A stretch of 64,000 bases of DNA from Sphaerodactylus townsendi (GCF_021028975.2 NC_059429.1:71920001-71984000), one strand, 5' to 3'; counted from the first letter of the stretch, positions 22,701-42,190 are shown. The notes: generated by a model not told the origin, from the letters alone. Made by a program: numbers and translations.

Positions 22701-25226
22701 CTATGAGGAACTTTAATGTACCTTGCAGTCAATGGAATCCTTTATGCTGACGGGAACCCCATAGAGCAAGCCTTTCTTCCCCTGGCTTTTCAGATGCAGA
22801 AGCTGGGATTCACTATTCTCCAGATAATCAGTCACACAGTTGATCTCTCTAGTCACATCCAGGGCCTAGGAAAAGCAGGAAAAGGCAAAATTCAGTTCAG
22901 AGCCATAATTTCCACCATCACAACACACACACGAACAGAATGAGGTTTGCTTTGCAAAAGCAGACAGTTTTCACTCCACAAATAAGCTTTGGACTATTCC
23001 AAATAATAAATCCCATGATTCTGAAAACTGGTCTTAAGGAGTACCCAGTCCAAAATCTGTAAAGTGTGTTTTGCTATGAACAGAAAAATAAGTCATCCGT
23101 TTGCAAGGAACAGTCTCCAGAATTTAGGGTATATGATTTGGGAAAATTCAACCTTTATTTTGGAATGTAGACCTGTTTAAATATCATCTGCATTTTTAGT
23201 TGGAGAACAAGGAACCATCAACTGCAACCAGGGAACTGGAAACCACCTGCAGTTTTATCAGTCTAAATCAGATTTGGTGATAAAGAAACTAGTTCTCACC
23301 TTGTCCATGTAAGTGCATAAGACAGTCTCAGGTGAGAGTGAGCCATCCCTGAGATTTCCACACAACTGAGGCAGGGTGAAAGCCAGTATCGGTGCTGGTT
23401 GGTGGCTGGGATTCTGAAGAAGAAATTTGCAATGGTTTACAGTGGTTGCTCCCACACTTTCCCACACAGAATTAAATAGAGAGATGTTTCAACAGAGCAG
23501 GAAGAGAACACCATGGTAGCTGATCTCCTCATGCAAACAGATGTGATTCAATGGAAAGAGCACTTGTTCTTGCTCCAAATGACACTTGCATTGTAAAACA
23601 TATGATTTAAACGGGGCTGTAAATCTTGTATTTATGAGATATGGTATTTAGAACTGGACACAGAAGCAACATGAGTAGAGTGAAGAGTGTTTTAAGTGGT
23701 GGCTATCAGCCTGATCTTTGACCTGGAAGATCCTCAGATCCTTCCTTGGAAATGAGTTAACCAGATAGTCTTTGCCAGCTCAAACAGTCAGTTCATTATC
23801 TGTAAAATGCCAATAGGAGAAACTTTTTTTGGAAGGATTACTGGGTAGTCAAATGAGATGGGGATTGCTAAATGTTTCATACACCAATAATAACCTATCT
23901 GAATAACGGATTCTCTGAAGTGCCAGTTTCACTCTGCAACAGCACTTTTCTACTTTTTGTATATTGCTGACCTTCTGAAAGCATCAATACCTCTAATGTT
24001 TTAATCTGCAGCTAAGCCACATTTGGAACAGTGATATGAATAAGCCCTGCGATTTTCTGTGTAGACCTCAAGCCCCTCACTCATATCAACTCCTGTGCTC
24101 TGTCCAAAAGTGAAGAATGGTTCATCCACGAAAGTCCACAGTGTCAGTCCTAAAACTTTATTATTTGTTGCTTTACTAAAAATATGTATATCTCATCCTT
24201 CCTCATGGGTCAGTCAAGAGTACTGTCACGCAAAGAAGGCAGTCTCCACTTTAGTTGAGAGGGAATTAGATGGAGGCAGAGAGTGACATGGGGTAACTGG
24301 GATCTATAACCTATGTATACCAGGATAGTTTTGGGTGGAATCTCTCAAATGAGCAGGCAGTTGTAAAATTGAGATTTGTTTTATTACATCATCATCATGA
24401 AAAACATGAGAAGATCACTAAATACCACAATTTGAAAATCAAGATTCAGCGACTATGGCACGAACTAGCTGAGGTGATCCCAGGGGTACTCAGCACCCTG
24501 GGTGCCATTCCGAAAACACTATGGTGGCACTTGAAATGTCTTCAAATCGACAAAATCAACCTCAGTCACATTCGAAAGGCAGCCCTGCTGGAATCCACAT
24601 GAATGCTACACCGTTACAACATCCTAGGCCTCTGGGTGAGGATAGAATTGGAATTAAACGTTAATAACAGGGGCAGCATAAGCAACATTTATTTGTTGGA
24701 AAACCACAGTATGTAAAGAATTAACCTACTGATTATAGATTGTAGGACAACATCCTATAAGGATAACTTTCAGTAGTTGCAGTGTCTCCCATCAATGCAA
24801 TGATAAAAGCACTCCTGTCGAAATCCTCCTAAGTTTGCAAGGAGCCCTCCCCAGACTTGGATGCGTCCACTTTCATCACAGAATCTAGCTGCATTCGTCC
24901 GAGGGAAAAAGGATTCAGATAACTCCGATCCACTGGCTGTGGTAAAGAGCAAACGCGTCTGGCTCTGCGCCTTGAGGGAGGTCTGGAATTCCTCAGGCAA
25001 TGATCCGTAACATCTTCACAGAAAATAGCCCTCTCCACCCGCACCCGCACGTTACCTGCTGCTTGAAGTTTCCAGCAGCCTTTTCCATTTGTTGCAGCGC
25101 GCGATCCCGCCTCCACCTCGCCTCCTGCATCTTCCTTTGGCCGGTCCTCCTCCTGCGCCAATTCAGGAGCAGGATCGTGACAGCACAGCAGCATAAAAAA
25201 GCGGAGACCAGGCTGGGATTCATCAT
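1783..25226 (-). CDS. FAAH: Fatty-acid amide hydrolase 1 (FAAH / VDHAP-like amidase), 15 coding exons, 574 aa
   Basis: Exons: 25056-25226, 23300-23413, 22722-22865, 20780-20913, 13577-13783, 13429-13469, 12543-12667, 11187-11312, 10787-10884, 10113-10212, 8155-8195, 7362-7401, 5916-6024, 2007-2152, 1783-1911. All GT-AG, phases consistent, 1725 nt total. Amidase signature: GVPVSIKD (catalytic Lys), TPGGSSGGE and GTDVGGSIRIPAAFCG (two catalytic Ser), C-terminal GLPVAVQCVALPWQDELCLRFMKEVE. Position next to NSUN4 on the same strand matches FAAH synteny. Orthology versus VDHAP-like paralogs is not proven. Confidence 0.93.
2700..3460 (-). mobile_element. L2-clade LINE 3' fragment (interrupted by a hAT MITE)
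   Basis: Translation HIHPVLCQLHWLQVEYQVRSQVFILMYKALNSLGPVYLQDHL is typical of the L2 ORF2 C-terminus. Boundaries approximate. Confidence 0.7.
2793..3082. mobile_element. hAT-type MITE
   Basis: 16-bp TIRs CAGGGGTAGGGAACCT / AGGTTCCCTACCCCTG; perfect 8-bp TSD CACTAGAC (2785-2792, 3083-3090). Confidence 0.92.
3896..4074 (-). mobile_element. SPIN/URR1-like hAT MITE
   Basis: TIRs CAGTGGTCCTCAACCT / AGGTTGAGAACCGCTG; TSD AGTCAGAG/AGTTAGAG. The terminal segments (CCTAATGCCGCG..TTTAATACAGTTCCTCATGTTG and GGGTCGTTCGACCCCCAAAGGGGTC) match my recollection of SPIN non-autonomous (URR1) elements. Confidence 0.85.
4500..5670 (+). mobile_element. Decayed L2-like LINE (RT and 3' portion)
   Basis: Broken RT motifs (VDSSAVF..SHGILLERL, LQHADDTQL) and the L2 C-terminal motif HITPVLKDLRWLHICFKANFKVLVLIFRVLNGLQP. 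Boundaries approximate. Confidence 0.7.
6361..7187 (-). mobile_element. CR1 LINE 3' fragment, same family as 15780-17626
   Basis: ORF2 C-terminus (YEERLQRLGLFSLERRRLRGD) and CR1 3' end ...GTTCTTATGTTC. Contains an internal 31-bp tandem duplication at ~6953-7014. Confidence 0.95.
14280..14750 (+). mobile_element. L2-clade LINE 3' fragment
   Basis: L2 signature sequence (TATTGTAAC..CTCTACGCAGGCCTTCCCTTG; CTGCATTGGCTCCCAGTTGAATT; 'LAPAWWNSLP...FRRACKT'). Confidence 0.75.
15017..15200. other. Assembly gap (N run)
   Basis: Run of N. Confidence 1.
15644..15686 (-). ncRNA. Minimal type-I hammerhead ribozyme (Penelope-associated)
   Basis: Minus strand reads UCCU-CUGAAGA-U-GCCAGCCACAGAUGCAGGC-GAAA-CG-UC-AGGA: core CUGANGA / GAAA / UH, stem I UCCU:AGGA, stem II GCC:GGC, palindromic ACGU stem III. 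Confidence 0.8.
15780..17626 (+). mobile_element. Young 5'-truncated CR1 LINE inserted in the Penelope 3' UTR
   Basis: Uninterrupted 551-codon ORF2 part (GNYRPVSLTS, YLDFQKAFD, GVPQGSVLGP, KFADD); 3' end TTCTTATGTTCTT; AACCA target duplication (15775-15779, 17627-17631). Confidence 0.97.
20153..20195 (+). ncRNA. Minimal type-I hammerhead ribozyme (copy in the inverted pseudo-LTR)
   Basis: TCCT CTGAAGA T GCCAGCCACAGATGCAGGC GAAA CG TC AGGA; predicted cleavage after C20191. Identical to the reverse complement of 15644-15686. Confidence 0.8.
21470..22516 (+). mobile_element. Older CR1 LINE 3' fragment (different subfamily)
   Basis: SGVPQGSVLG and LVRPHLEYCVQFW motifs with stops and frameshifts; 3' end CTCTTCCAACTCTATGATTCTATG. 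Confidence 0.93.
24392..24650 (+). mobile_element. R4/Dong-like non-LTR retrotransposon 3' fragment
   Basis: EKITKYHNLKIKIQRLWH..AEVIPGVLSTLGAIPK..IRKAALLEST resembles the restriction-like endonuclease C-terminus of R4/Dong elements. Confidence 0.7.
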
Positions 25227-25229
25227 CAC

Positions 25230-25470
25230 GCTCTCGGGTAGCCAGGCTGCAATCTCACCTTCTTCAGCCGACGCCGCGAATAGAGCAGCTTCTGTCCTCA
25301 GCAAGGGCCGGTACAGGCACCCAGATGAACCGCCCCTGCAAATCCGGATTGGATTTTCAATACATTTGTGCGCCGGAAGTTGAGCAATTGCGTCTCTCTG
25401 AACCTCTGTTACCAGTTGAAGTAGTTTGATCGAATGCTGAAAACTTCACCAGAATTAGATGCACGCTCGC
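25230..25470 (-). promoter_or_regulatory. CpG-rich promoter / 5' UTR of FAAH
   Basis: CpG-dense (24890-25470) with a GC box CCGCCC (~25331), CCAAT as ATTGG (~25348) and an ETS site CCGGAAGT (25373-25380). Confidence 0.6.
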
Positions 25471-25516
25471 TGATCAGTCCACTTTACAGACTTCATTCAA
25501 ACGCTGGGGCTTTCTG

Positions 25517-25886
25517 TGGGATGTACTAAAACGGATGACAAAATTGCCCTTTGGAAACAATGGGAAAGGCCCATTTGAAATAATGGGGATCAGGAATACC
25601 AATTGACTTGCAGAGACTCAATTGAAATACACTACAGCACAGAAAAGGTGGCAAAGAAAATGTGGAATGGATTTCAACAAAGGTCTCTGGACCCATATGG
25701 ACTACAGTTACTGACACTGGAATGACAGCCCCCACAGTAGTGTGGTAGCTCCTGGGAACAGAACGTGCACTCTGGTACTGGAATGACAAGTCCCACAACG
25801 GAATGATCCCCATTATTTCAAATGGGCCTTCCAGCCTCCCCCATTGTTTCTCAAGGGCAATCCTGTCATTCCTTTTAGTACATCCT
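25517..25886. mobile_element. hAT-type MITE with long (~75-bp) TIRs
   Basis: GGATGTACTAAAACGGATGAC..GGCCCATTTGAAATAATGGGGATCA is mirrored by TGATCCCCATTATTTCAAATGGGCC..TTTTAGTACATCC; 8-bp TSD GCTTTCTG/GCTTTTTG. Confidence 0.8.
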
Positions 25887-27261
25887 GCTTTTTGCTGTTA
25901 TTACTAGCTAGAGATTGAAACACAACAAAGTGTATATGACAGTGTGCATGATGGGAAAGAGATCCAAAATTTACAAATTTTGGGGAGTGGAGAAGAAACC
26001 CAGATGACAAAGGCCAGATGTGTTTTAGGGAAAGTACTTAATATAATGGGGTTGAGTATCATTTTTTTTAACATAGGACCTGTTTTGGAAAATAAGACAT
26101 AAGCATAAATATGGCATGACAGCACTGATAATTAATATAAAATTACCCTTATCAGGAGAGAGCAACGTATAAATTAATAATTAAATTAATAATTAAATTA
26201 ATTTATTGGGCTTTTAGACCACTCTCCCATTATGACAGGCTCAGAGCACTTAACATCACTATTATGTATGTCAATAAAATATATAGATCACCTTACAAAA
26301 CAGAACAATTAAACAATAAAAACCTGGCACCTTAAAATACAGTATCCCATGAGATGGAACAATTTAAGTTATACTTTTTTTCAGAGTCCTTACAAACATG
26401 TTAACATTTAGGATCCTTGACTCATAACTTTTTTTTTCAACCTTTGGAGCATGTTTACACCTCAGCTGGCAGACACCTGGGTCATAAATAAGTTTAACAA
26501 TTAACTCTTTTGGAACAGAGTGGATATACTGTCACTATCCTACTACTGAGTTCACTGGTTGACCTTAGGACCATCGCTTGCATGCTAACCTATCTCACAA
26601 GGTCCTGGTGAAGACAAAACAGATGGAAGAGAATCATATACACCGTTTTCCCCAAAGGCTGGATAAAAATCAAATAAAACAGAGTGCGAAAATCCACTGG
26701 CATGTCATTATTTCTGGATTGTTACGCGGATAAGGATTCTTATATGAACAACTTGACATAGGTATGTTCCCTGACAGACACTGCGATCAGTGAGTAACAA
26801 TTTACTGGTGATCTCTGGCCTGAAATATGTTCAGTTAGCCTTGGCAAGGGCATTTTTGGCCCTGACCACTACCTGAGGGAACACTTTGTCGAGCAAGACC
26901 TGGGTCTTGTGGAACCTGATGAAATTCTACAGGGCCTGCAAGACAGCTGTTTCACCAGCCTGCTACAGTTGTACCATCCAAATGGCCTTCCTCTTCCCCT
27001 CCCCTCTGCTGTTCATATTGTCAAGGTTATTCAATGTATTATTTTAATGTAAATTGATTTTATTCATCATCTGGGGATTTAATTGGTTGTATATTTATGG
27101 TTTTATTCTTTATGGTTGTATCTTGGTTGGATGCCACCTGGAGTCCATAAAGGGAAGGGTGGCATATAGATCCAACGAAATAACAATAATTTTCCTACAT
27201 ACACAATTTGATATCAAGGGGCTTATGTGAATTCCTAGCGTTGTAGGATTTGATATTTAAA

Positions 27262-27960
27262 CCAGCATGGTGGTGGTTAACAGCAGTGAACTCTAATCTT
27301 TCTTGAGAACTGAGTTTGCTTTACCACTTCTCTGCATGTGTAGAGGACTCTAGTATGGAGAACCTGTCCGCAGATATAAAGCAGTTACCCAGAGTAGACA
27401 AGCTGAGCTTGTAGTCCACCTGCACACACTGCAGCCTCTCTCTCCTTTCAGGAAGAAGAAAAACTCCACACAAGATGTCTTTCCACAAGGAAGGCTTTTA
27501 TCATATAGTTGTAATATGTACAGAGCTACATACACAGATATGGAAGTCAAACAAAGTGCTTCGCCAAACAAGTTTCCCAAAAGAACAGATACACTGTACA
27601 GTGCAAATACTTTTATACATTGATGAACTAATCACATTAAAGGCCATCTGGAACTGGTTTGATCCAGTCTAGCTGTCATTTGACTCCTTTTTCTGACTCT
27701 TACTTCTGCTGCCTAGGAGATGATCTACTGTTGATAGTACATGTCATGACAGAACCAGGTTTGGTTCCCTACTCCTACACATGAAGACTTCTGGGTGACT
27801 TGGGCTATTCACAGCTCTCTCAGAACTCTCTCAGTCCCACCTACCTTACTACCTTACAAGGTATCTGTTGTGGGGATAAGAAGGGAAGGTAATTGTAAGT
27901 CGCTTTGAGACTCCTTACGCTAGAGAAAAAGGGGTATAAAAGCCAACTCTTCTTCTTCTA
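27262..27960 (+). mobile_element. Squamate tRNA-derived SINE pieces (Squam3-like): head 27262-27350, body/tail ~27750-27960
   Basis: A-box/B-box-like head (TGGTGGTGGTTAA..CTCTAATCT..GAGAACTG); body GGGTGACTTGGGC..CTCTCTCAG..; tail GGGTATAAAA..(TCT)n. Confidence 0.65.
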
Positions 27961-29030
27961 GGCCAATCCAATCCTAACCAGGATTTTATATCCACGTTAG
28001 TTGTAAGGGTGATTTAAAAACTCTAATTGGTAGGATGGATCTAAGGAGCTATAGTCCAAATGCAGTAACATAATAATTTCTGCTACACAACTGAACCCTG
28101 GAATTTCAGATTATGTGCAATGCTGGTTTATTTCTATCACCATCTCTGAACGTTGTCCCATGCTCTTTCCCAACTCTATTCAGTTACATTATATCTAGAA
28201 CTTGTGAACAAATAAGGACACTTCCTGCTGCATCTGATGTAGTCTTTTCTACTCAACGAATGACCTTGATTTGATCAGGTCCTTTTGAGATGTGAACCTA
28301 AAGAACTAGTTACCCTCTGATATCTGACCCTGCAGATCTCATGCAGACAATAAAAACTTTCCCCCCCTAAACTGGCATTTAAAAGATAACAATAATGGTC
28401 TTGTTATGTTGGTTTGAGGATAGAAGACTCCACAGAGCATGTAGTCTGCCAGGTTCAGCTTGAGAAGTAGCTGACAGGCATGTGGCAAATGCATGTATCA
28501 CACCGTCTCTGCTTCAACTCAACATTGTCAGAAATCGGCTGATTTTACAGCATGCCAAGGCATATGTTTTTCTTCCCCAGCCCCTTCCCCACCCTTTGAC
28601 TTAATATCTGGTCTAAAGGACAGCTCAATCCATGGAAAAATATGAAGAAAAGCACAAAAAGTTAATATTTCTGTTAACATTTTTTATTCAGTGGTTTCTG
28701 GGAAATATGAGGAGCAACTTCCCAGAACTTTGCCTATGCAGGTAATCCACATGACAGAAGTAATGTATAAATACCTCTAATGGGTGTAGGGCAGCATTCA
28801 TAGGCATGTGACTTAGATGGATCTTCCAGGCAGTGGCACAAAAATGTTGTTTCCCAAGGCACGGACTGTCGATGCACAGATGTTTTTGGCAACCAATCAC
28901 AGGTCATGAGAAACATGCAAAGCTGAAGGCGCAGTCACTTCAAGAAAGATGGTTGTGCCGTTTTGGAAATTCAATAATCAAATGACAAACGTCAGAAGCA
29001 AAGCTCCTTCCATAGACTACTCTGTCTATT

Positions 29031-36921
<7,891 letters not shown>

Positions 36922-37190
36922 GGCCAACGCCGGCAAAAGTCCCGCCCCGAGATGCCTGGGAATCGTTCACAGGCAACAGTCCGGAAATTTCGTTGGCAGG
37001 AAGTTTCTATCGAGTCGATTCCCCCTCCCCCACATTTGTGTTAAAGGAGCCGTTAGAAGAAGTCACGCCAGGCAAAACTGGGCTGTTACCACCGGTTCTA
37101 CTCTGAGAGTAACGCAGACCCCACGGGGGAGCGAAATGGAAGCAGTTCAGCGCCTCCGGCTGTGATTGCTCGAACTGCCTCCGAAGTTCA
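36922..37190 (-). promoter_or_regulatory. NSUN4 CpG-rich promoter
   Basis: CpG-dense; ETS-like CCGGAAAT and CAGGAAGT; GC box CCCGCCCC just upstream of the ATG. Confidence 0.55.
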
Positions 37191-38323
37191 CAGCTCTGCT
37201 ACACTTACAAGTGTTCTCAATAGAATTTCAGTACCATTAAACGACCCACATAAAAAAATTAAAGTCTCAGTACCGCTTTAAAACACCAGCAACAACGAAT
37301 CAGGCAAAATATTTTTTCACTGATTAAAAAAAATTAAAAGTCTCCAGAGATATTCCCACAATATTGGAGCTGTAACAGAAAAGGCCCTTCTTTCTCATAG
37401 CAGCCAATATTGCTTCTACTTAAAAGATGGAATACAAAGGAAGGGCTTGTTGGTTGATCCTAAAGATCTTTAAAAGATTTAGGGAGGTGCACCTGGGTTT
37501 TTCTCCAAATGGTGAATCATTGAAAACAAAGAATGCTCATTTATTTATAAAATGTACATCCTCCTTTTCAGCACATTTCAGAGTATCACACAATTATAAT
37601 TTTAATAGTTAAGTACAGATCACTAAAATCCAGGACAGAGAATCAACAAAATGTCTACACCAAAGAAACGCTCTAGGGAAAACTGATTCATGTACATGGT
37701 AACTGCCAAACACTTAATTAAAAGAATACTATATGAACACTTGCCAGGAGAGAAGCAGGAAGGCAACAATGGATGGCTATTCCAAAACTCCTGTAGCTCA
37801 AGCTGAAGGAATACGCCTAGAAAGTTCATTATAAAGGAGCCGAAAGACAGGCATGTCTGCTTCAGAAGGTGGAGAAACGTGTCTTCTTCCCCCCACCTTC
37901 ACAGGATATGTTTCTTGAGATGTACCAACAAGGACAGAGACCGTATCACATTGTGAACATATTACTTTCAAGACAGGAAGTTAAAACTTGTATGTGATAA
38001 AATTGATTAGAATGCAAAGAACATTGGGCACTAGTTGCAGTAGTTTTGTATATGTTTAATAGTAGAACATGGTGTAATAATTCAAACATTTTACATGAAA
38101 TATGTTTAACATGTAAAGCCACAGAAATACTGCTAGCCTTGCATCTTCCACAGAATATAGCAAAATCCAGGTTGCAACTGCTGAATAGTTAGTTACAGCT
38201 GATGGATGTGTTAGTCACAACTGTCAAGTTTCAAGCCACAGATGTAAAGTAGCATGTTTATTCAGAAATGCTCAGGATTTCATCAGGAATGCAGGAGGGG
38301 AGCAGTTCAGCTCATAGGAACAT

Positions 38324-41300
38324 TTATTTCAACTTGCTGAAGAGTTTGTGAGCCACCTGGAAAACAAGATGAAGAAAACATTAAATAAAATTGTATTCAG
38401 CAGTTTGTTTAGCAAATGTATCTCTCTTCTATTTTTACGGAATCATCTTAGGGACCAACAACATTTTCCAGGATACAAGTTTTAATGAATAACAAAGTGA
38501 GCTTTAACCCAGAAAAACTTGTACTGTGAAAAAATTCATTGGTTCCAAAGGTGCTAATGGACTTTTTTTTTTTACAACAGACTAATATACCGGTAGCTAC
38601 AGACTAATGTAGCTACCCATTAGAAACTATCTGCTATCTTTGGGGTCCAATGGCATTCTTGCAACCACACTCTAACCCACTTATACTTTAGAAATACTGT
38701 TACACACATTTGTATGTTAAGTTGATAATGTGAGAGGGTCTTACTCCTTGGAGATCTTCAGGAGGCACTTCAAGATCTGCTTGTTTGCCAGAGCTATTGA
38801 GGGGATTTGAATAGCAGGCATTTTTTAAAGGATTTGGGACTTGTTATTTCATCTTTGGTTTTGACTGGGGATGATTTAACTATTTTGTAATCCACCTTGA
38901 GCCAAGAAGAAAGGCAGGATATAAGATGCAATGGCAAAACCAGTTTCTGAACAAGTCCAGTGCTTGAAAGTCTCCCCCTTCCCCTGAACATTTGAAGCTA
39001 ATTGCACTTCTACACTCACCCTCAAAGCTAGTATAGCAAACCAGATTTGAAGCTAATTTGCAATCCTGGTTGAAACAGATAATGCAAACCATTGCTGGCC
39101 ATTTCAGGTGTAACAGCAAAATTACTATATTGGAAGTCACTAATAAATTCCAAAAGAAATGAAAAGGCAATGTGGAAGCACAAGGGTCATTCACGTAGTG
39201 CTGAACTATCGATTGGCTTTATACTATTTGTTTAGAAAAACGGTGTTTAGAAAAACTACGGCTGGTGAGTTTGACAAATACAGAATTAATCTTACATACT
39301 CAATAATTCTTCCTAACTCACAGCATATCAACATTATATTCTTCATGAAAACATGAGTATCCAGAATCTATAACTGCTATTTATAAGTTGTGTCTTAACA
39401 ATGAAAAATAGAGTTCCACTTGAACCACAAAGAAGCCTCAGATTAATCACAACTATTACTAGTCACTGTTCCAGCAATCTTACACAGTGGTCTCTAGCGT
39501 GCAGGAAGTCAAAGAGCTCCTCTGTACACTGCTCTTCTGTATGAGATCTTGATGACACTCGAGCATCACACTGATCTAGAATTTCCCGAAACTTCACACA
39601 TTTTTCTATTTGCTCACATTGCTCCCTGATTGTAGTTAATGGGTCCTGTAAGAAAAACAAATGTATAATAGGAAAAACAGTTAATGGAAGTGGGTTGCTT
39701 CTTACTGCAGATTCAAATATATCCCAACATGATTAAAATTAATGGACTCTAGATAGTCATTAAAATCTTTCCCGTTGTTCCAAAGTTATCCATTATCACA
39801 TTTTGAGGTTATTACCACAAGCAGGATAGCTTAAGAGTATTTTCTCAGAACAAAAATGAAGAGACCTTAGATTTGAAAATAACCCTGTGAATCATTAAGA
39901 TCTTTCTTGGGATGCGGCACTTACATGCAGTGGTAGGATTCAAATAATTTAACAACTGGTTCCGGTGATGGGAATTCAAATAATTTAACAACTAATTGTT
40001 TACAAGCACCATTTTAACAACTGGTTCTGCCGAAGTGGTGCGAACCTGCTGAATCGCACCACTGTTTACATGTTACTTGCAAGTCAAGCATGATCCACCT
40101 CTGTCTAAGCCGTTAAAATAATATTTTGCAAATGAATAAAGTTGCCCACAGAACCAAGCTGTGGTGTTCTGGATGTATTTCTAAAATGCATTAACCAAAA
40201 AAAAGTGTATAAAGCTACAACAGTACAGCCCTCATGACTCCTTGGTATTTTAGGGCACAGTTGATCAAAATTGATCCCAGTTTATCCTAATCACTCCCCC
40301 CCTCCAATACATACCCACATTCTTGTGGGTTTTCAAAATCCAAATGAGACATTGTATGGAACAACAGGATTTTAAAGATGCCAGTTGTAAACCTAAGAAC
40401 TATTTGTCCAACATTATTTTAATTAAAAGCCACATACCACAAGCTCTTCTTCCTCCTCCTCCTCCTCCTCCTAGACAAAGAGACACAGAGATCAATATGA
40501 ACTCAAAAATTCTCAGACATATGCATAAAGTGGGTACATTAGGTTATAGCAAAATTAACCACAATTTGTTATTTTATTTTTCCAACAACATAGTAGATAA
40601 CTATTCCCCAACATGTAGTTTTGTATTAGTAAGATAGTTTATGATTTATTCCTAAATTATTGTTTATGATTAATAATAATAATAATAATCTAAAGTGACT
40701 TTCAAATTGATAAATAGTACGTTGGGTGATGAAGGTGATAAGTGGTCCATCAGGCCATTAACAGGGCAATCCTAAACACTTATTCCAGTCTAAGCCCTCT
40801 GAAATCAATGGGATCAAACTGGGGTAACTGTGTTTAGGATTGCACTATAAATTATTGACTGTTGATGGTATGTCATCTTCTTAATACCAGTACCCCAAAA
40901 CTATCTCACTTGAATCTTGCAATAGTTTTAAGAACAGGATGAGTGAAAAAGAGCCATGAAAGAATAAGACTGCGATAGAGACTCTGGAAAAATGGAGAAA
41001 CAGACAACACAGATCTTAATTTGAGAGCATACAACTAGCATAACGAAATATGGATAAACCAACGGAAAGCATTAAATGGAAAGTATGTGAAAACCAACTT
41101 AACATGGGATCGGATAACCAGATTTAGCAAGCATGCAGCTAGGGACACTTGATAATTGCAAAGATGGAAAATAAAAAGGAATGGGAGAAAGGACAATGAG
41201 CATCCACTACCCATGCTCAGGATTTCTAGCAAGAGAATTAGGACTATCTGTGCCCCATGAGGACTTGGGAGAGATCTCCTTTCCACTCTCTGTCCTACTT

Positions 41301-41852
41301 GCTTTTTCTCTTTCTCTCTGTCCCACCCCCACTTCTTCCGTTTCTGTCCTTTGCTCAGACTTACCAAGTCGTCAATCAGAATTGAATTGACATAAGGAAA
41401 ACAAAAAGAAAATGGAAATCGGCCATTACTTAAGGCAAGCGCACATCCTTTCCATGCAGAAGGCTTTCCTAAACTCAATCCTTAAAAGAAGCCTCAAACT
41501 GCCGGATTTAAGGCTGCCCTTTCTCTGCTTGAGACAATGCTTAGTATCCCGACTGGGCTAGAGGCAGCTATGGCCACATCCCTTGGCTGATCGTTGTGGA
41601 AGAAGACTCCATTTCTCAGGCGTGCGTGGCTACTGACAGACGCTAAAAACAGGGGGGACAAGACAAGAGAGAAACCCAACAAAAAGGTGGGAAACCTGAC
41701 TGGCCTACAGGGGGTGATGGGAGGGGAGACTGAGTCTGAAGCACAAAAACATCGCCCAGGATAATGGTACAGATCCTGCTCCGTCTGCTACATCGGCGCA
41801 CCTCAGGATCCCCACTCAGGCCCTCCAGCGCCTTCTCATCATTCAACCCCAT
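38324..41852 (-). CDS. UQCRH: Cytochrome b-c1 complex subunit 6 (hinge protein), 4 exons, 92 aa
   Basis: Exons 41802-41852 ([17 protein letters not shown]), 40438-40470 (E9LV), 39484-39645 ([16 protein letters not shown]...[15 protein letters not shown]), 38324-38356 ([10 protein letters not shown]). Confidence 0.98.
39928..40064. mobile_element. hAT-type MITE (intact sister of the split MITE at 15479-20313)
   Basis: TIRs CAGTGGTAGGATTCA / TGAATCGCACCACTG; TSD CTTACATG/TTTACATG; internal TTTAACAACTGGTT repeats. Confidence 0.88.
40761..40847. repeat. Short (~85-bp) hairpin MITE; related decayed copies near 30078-30160 and 51259-51352
   Basis: GCAATCCTAAACAC...GTGTTTAGGATTGC inverted termini around a GAAATCAATGGG centre. 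Confidence 0.6.
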
Positions 41853-42190
41853 CTCGAAGCGCCTTCCTCAACCCCGGCTCAGCAGCACCAGAAGGACGCG
41901 CGAGGGTCACCGGAAATCCCGCCCCTTCTCTGTAGCCCTTCTGAAATAGCATGACGTTCCGATTGACCTTCCCAAGATGGCCACTGTGCCGTTTGTACGC
42001 GGAAGACGTCATTCTGCGCTTGAAGGGTATTCGACATATTACGACCCTACCAGTATGGCTGCCCGTCCCAACCAAAGGGCGTCCGATCAGAATAATTGCT
42101 GGTGCTCAGTGGGACTGCAACAAACATCCGCATAGCGGTCCCCAAGTGGCGTTTGCTGCTCTGCGTAAATAGATTTATCACCTTATTGGT
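41853..42190. promoter_or_regulatory. Bidirectional CpG-island promoter UQCRH / LRRC41
   Basis: Head-to-head ATGs 338 bp apart; CpG-rich; YY1-like AAGATGGCC (41974-41982), ETS CGGAAG (~42000), CRE-like TGACGT (41952) and GACGTCA (42006). Confidence 0.8.

Noticed and set aside
24110-24140. Hammerhead-like GTGAAGAATGG..CCACGAAAGTC
   Set aside because: Core C3 is missing and there is no adjacent stem I; at best a very decayed relic.
25000-25383. Antisense ORFs over exons (also 13535-13735, 36860-37165, 46506-46841, 52380-52643)
   Set aside because: Shadow frames of real coding or GC-rich sequence.
27262-27350. tRNA-like sequence (also 63530-63606)
   Set aside because: Degenerate SINE heads; no intact cloverleaf.
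39928-40064. Short direct repeats resembling a CRISPR-like array
   Set aside because: Internal repeats of a TIR/TSD-bounded MITE in vertebrate DNA; no spacers or cas genes.
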